In this document: in pieces, positions 53,251 to 64,000 of the stretch
Layout: every line of letters begins with the position of its first letter
How positions within the stretch are numbered: position 1 is the stretch's first letter
Assembly: GCF_963921235.1 (NCBI RefSeq)
Contig: NC_086097.1
Location: 130,884,001 to 130,948,000 of the forward strand
DNA: 64,000 nucleotides
Direction of reading: 5' to 3'
Source of the DNA: Mobula hypostoma
Lineage: Eukaryota
Notes under the pieces: model-generated
What the model saw: only the letters and a program-made list of their open reading frames with translations
What the model was told of the DNA's origin: nothing
The model's database searches: none
Position numbers and translations under genes: made by a program

Positions 53251-54014
53251 ACAGTTAGGGCATACTCTGGAGTGATGAAAACGTAGCAAATAATATCTTC
53301 AACAGCAATCAGTCTTCAGTTCTGAAAGTGGATTGTAGATTGAATTTAAAATGTAGATCTGAACAATGGTATTCTTGGAGCTGCATACTGGGGTCGATTG
53401 GAAACTAAGAAACATCCCATTGATCTGAGATGCATGAATGCAGCTCGGAGAGCAGATATTAACATTCAATTTAGGGTGCCTTGAATGTTGGTGTGAAGAT
53501 CTAGGTGTTTATATGTAACTCAAAAGCAGTATGAATGCTTCTAGAGAATTGTCCTGTTGTCACCTTTGATCTTTAGCATACAAAAATGTGATGTTATGTT
53601 GGGTCAGGGAGCCTCTACCAACAGTGTCTTCATGAGAATGCCTGCTTATTGTGCTGAATAAAAACTTCTATATCACCAGTTCAGTGTTTCTCTGGTGACT
53701 TCGATCACAATCACAACATTTATGACTGTGCGGCCAAGCACAGCTCCAATGGTTAGTTGGAGTGTTGCGCAGGCGCAGTTGAAGCATTCCCGCACAGGTC
53801 CAGTGAAGAGCTTTAAAAATCCAGTCTCCATAAAGGAGTACCACCATCTAGTGGAGCAGTCATCATGGGAGCAGTCGTTGTGGGAGTGGTCTGAGTCAGA
53901 ATGGCTCAACAGGGCTTCGGCAAGAACAGGCAGAGTCCAGGCAAATAGGTATGTTCATTCCTCATCTCTTTTTTTCTTATTTAACTCTTGAAAGAATAGA
54001 AGGTATGACTACAG

Positions 54015-54450
54015 GGTGCACCCCAAGCTCTGTCCGCCAGAAGCAGAATCTCCCAGTGGCCACCTATTTTAGATCTACTTCCCACTCCCAAATGTCAATT
54101 CATTGCCGCCTCTACTGTCACAATGAGGTCACACTCAGATTGGAGGAACAACACCTTATATTCCGTCTGGGTAGCCTCCAACCTGATGGCATGAACATCG
54201 AATTCTCAAACTTCCGACAATGCATCCCCACATCCCCACCCCAAAAATTTCTCATCTCCTTTTCCCTCCCTCACCTTATCCCCCTCCTCTGATGCTCCTC
54301 CCTCCCTTTTCTTTCTTCCATGGCCTTCTGTCCTCTCCTATCAGACTCTCCCTTCTCCAGCCCTGTATCTCTTTCACTAATCAATTTCCCAGCTCTTTAT
54401 TTCATCCCTCCCCCTCCTCTCCTATCACCTTCTGTTTATCTTTCCCCTCC
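54015..54450 (+). mobile_element. PLE GIY-YIG C-terminal fragment between CR1 5' UTR (~53760-54010) and CR1 ORF1 (~54460-54850) pieces
   Basis: NLPVATYFRSTSHSQMSIHCRLYCHNEVTLRLEEQHLIFRLGSLQPDGMNIEFS. Confidence 0.75.
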
Positions 54451-54994
54451 AGCCACGCGACAGTGAGTATAGGAATAGAATGAGGTGGCAGATAAATGCA
54501 CGGCTGAAGAATTGGAACAGGATGCAGGGATTCTGATTTCTGGATAATTGGGACCTCTTCAGGGGCAGCTGTGACCTGTATAAAAGGGATGGGTAGCACT
54601 TGAATCCAAGGAGGACGAATATTCTTGTGGGCAGGTTTACTAGAGCTGTTGGGAGTAGTTTAAACTAATATGCAGGGGATAAGAACCAGTATGATAGAAC
54701 TGAGGATGCTAGCAGGTTTACAAGAAGATGATGGGCGTTAACATGAAAGTAAGGAAGGACAAGCCAATGAATGGGTACAAATGCAGACAGAGCAAAGAGT
54801 TAAATTGTACCACAGAGGCAAGATTCAAAAGGGCAAAGAATGCAGGACTCTTTCGTACTCTTTAGTTTTATTATAACTTATAGTCATTTGTTATGCCTGC
54901 ACTGCACTACTGCCAGAAAATGTCAGTGACAATAAACCTGATTATGATTAAGAGTCTTGGCCTGAAATAGCGAATGTTCATTTTCCTCCATATA

Positions 54995-55275
54995 TCTATT
55001 TATTTATTGAGATAGAATAGGTCCTTCCGGCCCTTTGAGCCACACCACTCAGCACTCCCAATTTAACCCTAGCATAATCACAGGACAATTTACCATGACC
55101 ACTTAACCTACCAAATGGTACGCCTTTTGACTGTGGGAAGAAATTGGAGTACCCGGAGGAAACCCACACGGTCACAGGGAGAAAAACAAAGAAATGCCTT
55201 ACACATAGCAGCAGGAATTGAACCCGGGTAGCTGGTACTATAAAGCAATGTGCTACGCATTACACTACCATGCTG
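54995..55275 (-). mobile_element. V-SINE/HE1-like SINE nested in a PLE terminus (~54950-55305)
   Basis: Minus strand: cagcatggtagtgtaatg..gggttcaattcctgc (B box)..gggtttcctccgggtactcc..cccacagtc, with tail aataaataaatag. Confidence 0.7.
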
Positions 55276-55379
55276 ACCTGCAAGTTCCTCCAGAATTGTG
55301 TGTGCAGATATAAATATGGAATTTCTCTTTTGGTAATTGTCTCATTTCTTATAAAACTTTTATAGAATTTGTATAATTT

Positions 55380-58300
55380 GTTAAAAGAGCTTTGACCAGC
55401 GGCTAATCCGGACATCAAAAGTTTGGAAAGGACAGGACTTCAATCGGGTCCACTGCCTGAGGATAAAAGGCAGCAGTGGGTCGGGCAGCAAAGAACAGCT
55501 TTGACCAGCGGTCAATCGGTGTTTCGGATTGATTAGGAAGAGCAAGTTAAAAGAAGGTAGGGGCAAGCGCAGCAGTCATCATCTGAGTGGACACAGTCAG
55601 AGTGGTGATCTTGAGGCTTTAGCTCTTCGAGGTTTCTGTGAAGAGAGGTTTCAGGCACAGAAAGCCAAGGGAAGAACAGCTCAAGTTTATTTCCTTCTCT
55701 TCTTTATATCTGCTCAGCTAGGACAGTAGAGATACCAGGTAGTATAGTGAAATGTACCTCTTGAAGAATGTGGGAAAGCAGGGAAACCTCCAGTGTCCCT
55801 GACGACTACAACTGCAAGAGGTGCATCCACCTGCACCTTCCAACAAACCACATTAAGGATTATTTGGGAGGCTGAGGGGGTGATGGTGCAGGACGCAGTA
55901 AACTGGGTGACAATTAGGGAGGGGAAAGTGGTTAAGGAACCAGTACAGAGGATCCCTGTGGCCATGCCCCTCAACAAAAGGTATAACACTTTGGATACTG
56001 TCGGGGAAGGTGGGGGGGTGGGTGGATGACCTAACAGAGGGAAGTCATAGTGGTCAGGTCTCTGGCACTGAATCTGCCTCTGTGACTCAGAAGGGAAGGG
56101 GGAAGAAGAGGCAAGCTGTGGTGATAGGGGATTCATTAGTTAGGGAAACAGACAGGAGGCTCTATGGATGAGAACAAAATTCCTGGATGGTATGTTCCCT
56201 CCCAGGTGTCTGGGTCTGGGATATCTCGGATCAAATCCTCAGCATTCTTAAGCAGGAGGGTGAACAGCCAGAAGTCGTGGTCCATGTAAGTACCAACAAC
56301 ATGGGTAGGACAAGTGACAAGGTTCTGCATATGGAATTCAGGGAGTTAGGTGCTAAGTTAAACAGCAGGACCACCAGCATTTTGATCACAGGATTGCTAT
56401 CCACGTCGATGCTAGAGAAGCCAGAACTAGAAAGATTATACAGTTTAATACATGGCTAAGGAGTTGGTGTCGGAGGGCAGAAGATTTTTGGATCATTGGG
56501 CCCTCTTTTAGGGAAGCAGGGACCTGCGCAGAAGGGACGGTTTGCACCTGAACTGGAGGGGGACTAATACCCTAGTGGGAAGGTTTAATGCTACATGGTG
56601 GGGTTTAAACTAGAGTTGCAGGGTGAAGGAAACCAGAGTACCAGAACAATTAGTTGGGAGGCTGGGAGGCAGATGCTGGAAAGACCACACACAAAGTTAG
56701 GAATCAGAAGGTTGAACATGGTGCTATTCGTATCCTGAGCTGCCTATATTTCAATTCAAGTAGTGTCATAGGAAAGGCAGCTAACAGCACTGAAGAATAG
56801 GTAGCTGGCTTACAAACAGAGGCAACGTGCAGTGAGGAGATGCTGCTGATAGAGCAAGATTGCAGTCAACAGGATGAGCTGCAACGTAAAAAGCGGACAA
56901 AATTGAGAAGGGTGATTACAGGTCTGAAGGTGTTGTACTTGAATGCGCATAGTTTATGGAATAAGGTTGATGAACTTACAACACAGTTGCAGATTGGCAG
57001 GTATGATATTGTGGGCTAAATCATGGCTGAAAGATTATAGCTGGGAGCTTAATATCCAAAAATACACAGTGTATGGAGAGGACTGGCAGGAAGGCAGAGG
57101 GGGTGGTGTTGCTCTGCTGGTAAAAACTGAAACAGATCATTAGAAAGAGGTGATATAGGGTCAGCAGGTGTTGGATCATTGTGGATAGTGCTAAGGAACT
57201 ATCGGAGTGCTAAGCAACTGACGGGAGTTGTATACAGGCCCCCAAACAGTAGGATGTGGCTTACAAATTACAACGGGAGATAGAAAACGTATGCCAAAAG
57301 AGCAATGTTACAATAGTCACGTGGGACTTCAATATGCAGGTAGATTGGGAAAATCATGTTGGTGCCGAAATACAGGACGGGGAATTTCTAGAGTGCCTAT
57401 GAGATGGCTTTTTAGAACAGCTTGTGGTTGAGTCCACTAGAGGATCAGCTATTCTAGATGGGTGTTGTGCAATGAACCAAAATTGATTAGAGAGCTGAAG
57501 GTAAAAGAACCCTTAGAGGCAAGTGATCATAATATGATCGAATTCACCCTGAAATCTGAGAAGGAGAAGCAAAAGTTAGGTGTACCAGTATTACAGTGAA
57601 ATACAGGGAAGTACAAAGGCACGAGAGAGGAGTGAGTCAAAATTGATTGGAAAAGATCACTGGCAGGGATGAGGGCAGAGCAGCAATGGCTGGAATTTCT
57701 GGAAGCAACTCAGAAGGCACAGATATATAGTATACATCCCAAAGAGGAAGAGGTATTCTAAAGGAAAGATGACACAATCATGGCTAACAAGAGAAGTCAA
57801 AGCCAACATAAAAGCCAATGGAAGAGCATATAATAGAGCAAATATTAGTGGTAAGTTAAGAGGACTGGAAAACTCTTAAAAACCAACAGAAGGCAACTAA
57901 AAAAAATTAGGGTGAAGATGGAATATGAAAATAAGCTAGTCAATAATATTAAAGAGGACACCAAAAGTTTCTTCAGGTACAAAGTGTAAAGGAGAGGCAA
58001 GAGTGGATATCAGACAGCAGGCAAATGATGCTGAAGAGGTAGTAACAGGGGACAATGAAATGGCAAACAAACTGAATAAGTATTTTGCATCAGTCTTCAC
58101 TGTGGAAGATATTAGCAGTATGAGGGAAGTTCTAGGTGTCGGGGGCATGAAATGCATGAAGTTACCCTAACAAGAGAGAAGGTTCTTGGGAAACTGAAAG
58201 GTCTGAAAGTAGATAAGTCACCTGGAGCAGATGGTGTACACCCCAGGTTCTGAAAGAGGTGGCTGAAGAGATCTTGGAGGCATTAGTAATGATCGTTCAA

Positions 58301-59960
58301 GAATCACTAGATTCTGGAATGGTTCTAGAAGAATGGGAAATTGCAAATGTCACTCCATTCTTCAAGAAGGGAGAGAGGCAGAAGAAAGGAAACTATAGGC
58401 CAATTAGTCTGATCTCAGTGGTTGGGAAGATGTTTGAGTCAATAATTAAGGATGAGGCCTAAGAGTACTTGAAGGCGCATGACAAAATAGGCCACAGTCA
58501 GCATGATTTTCTCAAGGGAAAAACTTGCTTGTCAAACCTGTTGGAATTCTTTGAAGAAATAACAAGGATAGACAAAGGAGAATCAGTTGCTGTTGTGTAC
58601 TTGGATTTTCAGAAGGCCTTTGACAAGGTGCCACATGAGGCTGTTTCACAAGCCCATGCTATTACAGGAAAGATTCTAGCATGGATAACACAGAGGCTGA
58701 TTTGCAGGAGACAAAGAGTGGGAATAAAGGGAGTCTTTTCTGGCTGGCCACCGGTGACTTGTGGTGTTCCATAGGGGCCTGTGATGGATTAATTCTTTTT
58801 ATGTTATATGTCAATGCTTTGCATGACGAAACTGTGGGCCTTGTTGGAAAGTTTGCAGACGATATGAAGATAAGTGGAAGGGCATGTAGTTTGAGGAAGT
58901 AGAGAGGTCGCAGAAGGACTTGGACAGATTAGAACAGTGGTCCCCAACCACCGGGCCGCGAGGAAACAATATGATTTGGCGATATGAACCGATATGAGTC
59001 AGCTGCACCTTTCCTCATTCTGTCACGCCCACTGCTGAACTTGAACTCACACGAGGTCTGCAAGAATATTGTCAATATTAAACCGGTCCACGGTGCACGA
59101 AAGGTTGGGGACCCCTGGATTTGAAGAATGGGCAAAGAAGTGGCAGATGGAATAGAGTGTCAGGCAGTGTATGGTCTTGCACTTTGGTAGAAGAAATGAA
59201 AGGGTTGACTATATTCTGAATGAAGAGAAAATACAAAAATACAGATACAAAGGGACTTGGGAGCCCTTGTGCAAAATTCCCTAAAGGTTAATTTCCAGGT
59301 TGAGTCTATGGTGAGGAAGGCAAATGCAATGTTATCATTCATTTCAAGAGGATTAGAATATAAAAGCAAGGATGTCATGTTGAGACTTTATATAAAGCAT
59401 TGGTGTGGCCTCACTTAGAGTACTGTGTGCAGGTTTGGGCCCCTTAGCTAAGAAAGGATGTGCTGAAATTGGAGAGGGTTCAAAGGAGGTTCATGAAAAT
59501 GATTCCAGGATTGAATAGCTTGTCATATGAAGAGCATTTGATGGCTCTAGGCCTATATTCACTGGAATTCAGAAGAATGAGGGCTGACCCTCATTGAAAC
59601 CTATCGAATGATGAAAAGCCTTGATAGAGTGGATGTGGAAAGGACTTTCCTATGGTGGGACAGTCTAAGACCAGAAGACACAGCTTCAGAATAGAGGGAC
59701 ATCCTTTTAGAATGGCGCTAAGGAGGAAGTGCTTTAGCCAGAGAGTGGCGAATCTGTGGAACAGGCAGCCATGGATGCCAAATCTTTATGTATATTTAAG
59801 GGAGAGGCTGATAGATTCCTGATTGGTTAGGGCATGAAAGGGAAAAGGGAGAAGGCAGAAGATTGGGGTTGAGAGGAAAACTGGATCAGCCATGATGAAA
59901 TGGCAGAGCAGACTTAGTGGACCAAATGGCGTAATTGTGCTCCTGTATCTTATGGTCTAA
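55380..59960 (+). mobile_element. Near full-length degenerate CR1 (5' UTR, esterase ORF1, ORF2, tail tcttatggtc)
   Basis: VVVHVSTNNMG (ORF1), GNYRPISLISVVGK, YLDFQKAFDKVPH, KFADDMK. Tail tcctgtatcttatggtcta at ~59941-59959. Confidence 0.88.
58935..59117. mobile_element. hAT (Charlie/Buster-type) MITE, 183 bp, inserted in CR1 RT
   Basis: TIRs CAGTGGTCCCCAACC / GGTTGGGGACCCCTG. 8-bp TSD gattagaa (58927-58934) / gatttgaa (59118-59125). Removal restores cagattagaagaatgggc. Confidence 0.88.
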
Positions 59961-62900
59961 TTTGTTTTGTGAATGCTGCTTGTATGATGCTATATGCCTG
60001 AGATACTGCTTTTTGTTTTGTCATTGCACCTGTATATACATGTATTTTGCTCAACTTTTGACTTTGAAGCACATTAATCAACCAAATTTAAATTGCTTAT
60101 ATTAGTATTAGATACTTGAGTAAAAGCTTCCCAATCTCAGCTTGCTTAGGGTCAATTTCAAACTTTACCTAGTAAAAACTGTTGAACCCCAAATGTACAA
60201 AGACAATTTTATAGCTTTTCAGAAATATTTATAAGATCACTGAGGTTCCAGCATTCCACTTAATTGCAGAAAAATGTCTGAACCCAGAAGCAGCTGATGA
60301 AGCAGAAGCATATCAAAAGAGAAATGAACAAATCTGACAACAATGTACAGAAGACATTGAATTATATCAAGTTAACATTCTCCCAGCTAACCTAAAGACT
60401 CACTGAAGGTGTGGAAGAGTTGTTCCTAAAAGAATCAATTGCTGAAAAACCAGGTGCATTACACAGTGGACACTTCTTGATACAATTCTTTTGGATTTAA
60501 TGGAGAGATCTGGTTTAAACAACATATCAGAACTCTACTTGCAGCTTACTTAAGAAATTCTATCAATCATACTGAAAACGTGGCCTTAAATATTGATTGC
60601 TTTATAGTGCAACATGCAAACTCCAATGGCTAAACAAATAAGTTTACTTTTTAAAAAATGATTTTTTTTAAAAAAGGACATAAATTTTAACTCAGCAACT
60701 AAAGGCAATCTGGTAAACTATTTCCAAACTATTGTACATTATCAACACTTCATGAATCAGAGAAAAAAAACTGGGATGTTACCACAAAGCAGTGTGTGTT
60801 GGCAAGACAGCAAAGCATAGGTTCTCTTTTATACAAAAAAGGGAATTAATACCTTCAACAATAAAAACAGAAAATACTGGAAACATTCAATAGGTCAGGC
60901 AGCATCTGTGGAATGAGATACAGTTCACATTTCAGGTCCTAACCCCTTCGTCACAACTCCTTCACTAAATTGCTTCAAAATGGATACTGATAAACTGCAA
61001 GCCCATATTGAAAAGAAATGGGCTCCTGACACAAGGCAAGTCATGTATTGAAGTCAACATGCAAATGCACGTAATCTTGCATTCACGATACACGGTACTT
61101 TGCTAAACTATGACCCCTCCCCTCATCAAAAATATGGTAAAACCGAACATGCCTTCAATGTACAATCAGCTTCAACTCATTTGAACAATTGCAGGCATGG
61201 TGGAAGAAAGCCAACACATCTCAAACTATTCACAAATCAGTGGATATCATGAAGTGACGTTCTACATCAATGGCATTCAAGCAGCACAATGCAAATGAGC
61301 CAACTGGCACTCATATCAATAGCTCATTGATACCATTGTTCAAATGTGCCAAAGTGGCAGTAGACACCATTCCTATAAACTGAGTGACTCTGACAGCAGC
61401 CCATAGTTTTTAACACAAAACTAACAATGACAATGCAGCGAGAACACCAGCAGCAGCACTTCATTTAGTTCACCTGCGCAAAGTTCAATATATCAGTTGT
61501 TACATATATCCAGCAAAAATCCAGCATTCAGCAAACAAACTGGGTTGGATTACTAACATCTCAATAGAAAGCAGAACATCTCAATCCCACAAAATTCAAA
61601 AGAAGCCATGATCACATATTCCACAATCTTTTCTGAAAAGCATGAAACTGCTTCACAGGGGATATGCCTGCTGGGAGCTATATTTTGTGTGGGGAAACTC
61701 TTCTAATTCTCTCATTACTGTGGAGATGTTCCAATATTTTCCCTTCATTGGACTAACATGGCTTTCAAAGTAGCCATGCAGTTGTAGAAAAGCAGAAATT
61801 CATTGTTAACTATCTCTAACAAAGTTCAAACTCTAACCAGATTTTAACCAGCAAAATTATTATTTCTATTTGAAGTGATTAGTACCACTAAACAAAGATG
61901 AGTTTACTGATAGCATTTTCTCCCGACATTCCAGCATTTTTGCCATGTTTATTTTCTACTAATAGCAAACAAAGCAATGTCAGAACCTGAGATTATCATG
62001 ACTGTCACAACACGGAACAAAAGGGCAAAAATAAATGTAGCAATGCTCCAGGAAGGGGTTTTAAAAATTAGGCACTCTTAGATATACTTTAGTTATGTTG
62101 GGGAGTTCTCTGTAAATTTCATTATGGAATATGCTAAATTTGAAATAATGGTTTCTGTAAATTGAAAATCTTAGCCACGATTTCAATGCATTGAAAACAG
62201 CAATATTCTTAATACACTTTCAATAACGTCATGTCTGAATTTACTCTATCCCAAAAAGCAGAATCGATCACATTACAATTTGTCAGCACTTCACTGTGTA
62301 CAAATTTCCTTGTATATTGTTGCTGTTCTTCACATCAGTTAACACTACAAATGATTCTTATTTTCAGAAGGTACAAAACCATCAGAAATGAAAATAAAGT
62401 AGGAATGGCATAACAAATTATTTAGCCTCCATAGGAGAAATGATATTCCAAATGTTCACGCTTCAACAGATCTGAATCAATGCAAACTATTCTTCTTTCC
62501 AGATGCTAACCAGTCATACATGCATATGTAGTATCCATCTTTAAATAAAAGTATTTCTGTAATTTCACATTTTACCCTGCATCGAAGGAGATGGGTGGAG
62601 GGATGCATTAGGAGTTTCAAATTCCACGCTTAGATAGAGCAGTTTTTCGCGAATATTTTTGAAAGGAACTTGGATTTAGAAAAATGTGCACCCTTCCTTG
62701 AGTTACAATAATAAAAATGACAGATTCAAAAATCCAAGTGAATTGAAATACCTATCTTTTTGTTCATTGTGATTAAAACCACAAGAAAAAACAGACTCAG
62801 AAGTGAATCATCCAGGTTGATTCCTCTTACTTTATTGGAAATGATATGAGGCTAGATAGGAAACAATTATGAATTAAATTATTTTACATTTTAACATAAA

Positions 62901-63639
62901 ATGCTGATTATGAACAAAATAGCAAATAAATTTGTAACTGTTGTAAATACTCAGGTTAAATAACATGTATGGAGAAAGGAACAACTAATATTTCAGGTCA
63001 ATGACATTTCATCAGTAATTTAAATACACATTTGCTCCAACTGTATTAGAATGACATTAGTTCAGACTACAAACAACTTGCTCTAACACACCCTCTTCTC
63101 TGAAAAGCATCAACTTGTAATACGCTATTGTCGATAGCAGCAATGAAGTCACTTGCAATTAGAAGCTAAAATGTGCACCTCATTCCCCCCCCTTTTAAAA
63201 CTCTCTTCAAAATTCACTGCAAAGCTAAAAGCCTTCCACAACAATTATGGGAAGACTTTCCGTGATCACCATTATTGAGATGATAACCTCTACAAAATCA
63301 TAAAGCTAATACAATGTCATGTGGCCTCAGAAGCATAATTAAACTTGAAAATCATAAGTGGCTTTGGTGAAACCCTACCCTTCCATGGGCAATCTTGTGG
63401 TAGTTTCGGCCGATAGAAACATGACAATGATCTCTTCTCCACAATTTATGAAAAAAAAAATTACTAGGTTAGAACTATCAGGAAAAACTGCATATATTGA
63501 TAAATACCTTTCTGGCTCTGAAAAATCAAATTTACAAACATTGAACCTCACCCTTGAAGACTGATGTAGATAATTTTAAACTTAAGGGAGACTCATCAAA
63601 AACTAGCCTACTGGCAATGGGTTCCAGGGACCCACCACC

Positions 63640-64000
63640 CCCTGTAAAAATCCTACTTTTAATATCTCCCCTAAACCTTCCCTCCACTCACCTTAAACAA
63701 ATGTTCTTTGCTGCTTTTGGAGAAAGGTGCTGACTGTCCACTCTATCTAGGCCTCTCTTAAGCTTATATACCTCTTTCAAGTTGCCTCTCATGCTTTGTC
63801 ACTCCAAAAAGAAAAGCCCTAGCAGACTTAACCTTTCCTTATAAGACATGTTGTCTAATTCTGGGAGCATTCTGGTAAATCTCCTCTGCACCCTCATGAA
63901 AGCTTCCATATCCTTCCTATAATGAAGTAACAAGAACTGAACACAATATTCCAAGTGTGGTCTAACCAGAGTTTCACAGAGCTGCAACATTACCTCACAC
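63640..64000 (-). mobile_element. CR1 ORF2 3' fragment running off the window
   Basis: MLQLCETLVRPHLEYCVQF...RVQRRFTRMLP...ERLSLLGLFFLE. Confidence 0.85.

Noticed and set aside
51873..64000. Search for the preceding ATP9B exon (NQRIP.DM.FLRTSEK-like)
   Set aside because: No matching sequence found by eye; it probably lies beyond the window.
1..64000. CRISPR arrays, operons, rRNA or other prokaryotic systems
   Set aside because: No regularly spaced repeats or dense gene packing. The sequence is a spliced vertebrate locus.

Overview
Vertebrate genomic DNA, most likely a cartilaginous fish (ray/skate-type repeat landscape; inferred from the CR1, V-SINE and Penelope-like families, not proven). 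Nearly the whole window is intronic sequence of the P4-ATPase gene ATP9B on the minus strand. Two short coding exons (51778-51872, containing the DGET actuator motif, and 500-580) are separated by a ~51.2 kb intron. That intron is filled with transposable elements: a near full-length CR1 LINE (esterase ORF1 + APE/RT ORF2) with a full-length L1 nested inside it, another long CR1 copy, an IR/DR Tc1 transposon, RTE and Rex1/Babar fragments, V-SINEs and many Penelope-like element (PLE) ends. A third long CR1, carrying a hAT MITE, lies in the next intron upstream. The most unusual recurring structure is a set of PLE-terminal fold-back insertions (5236, 20892, 42755). Each has a 13-16 bp target-site duplication, an inverted duplicate of its own 3' end, and minimal hammerhead-ribozyme-like sequence. 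No prokaryotic features or CRISPR arrays are present. Most ORFs in the six-frame track are TE fragments or noise.
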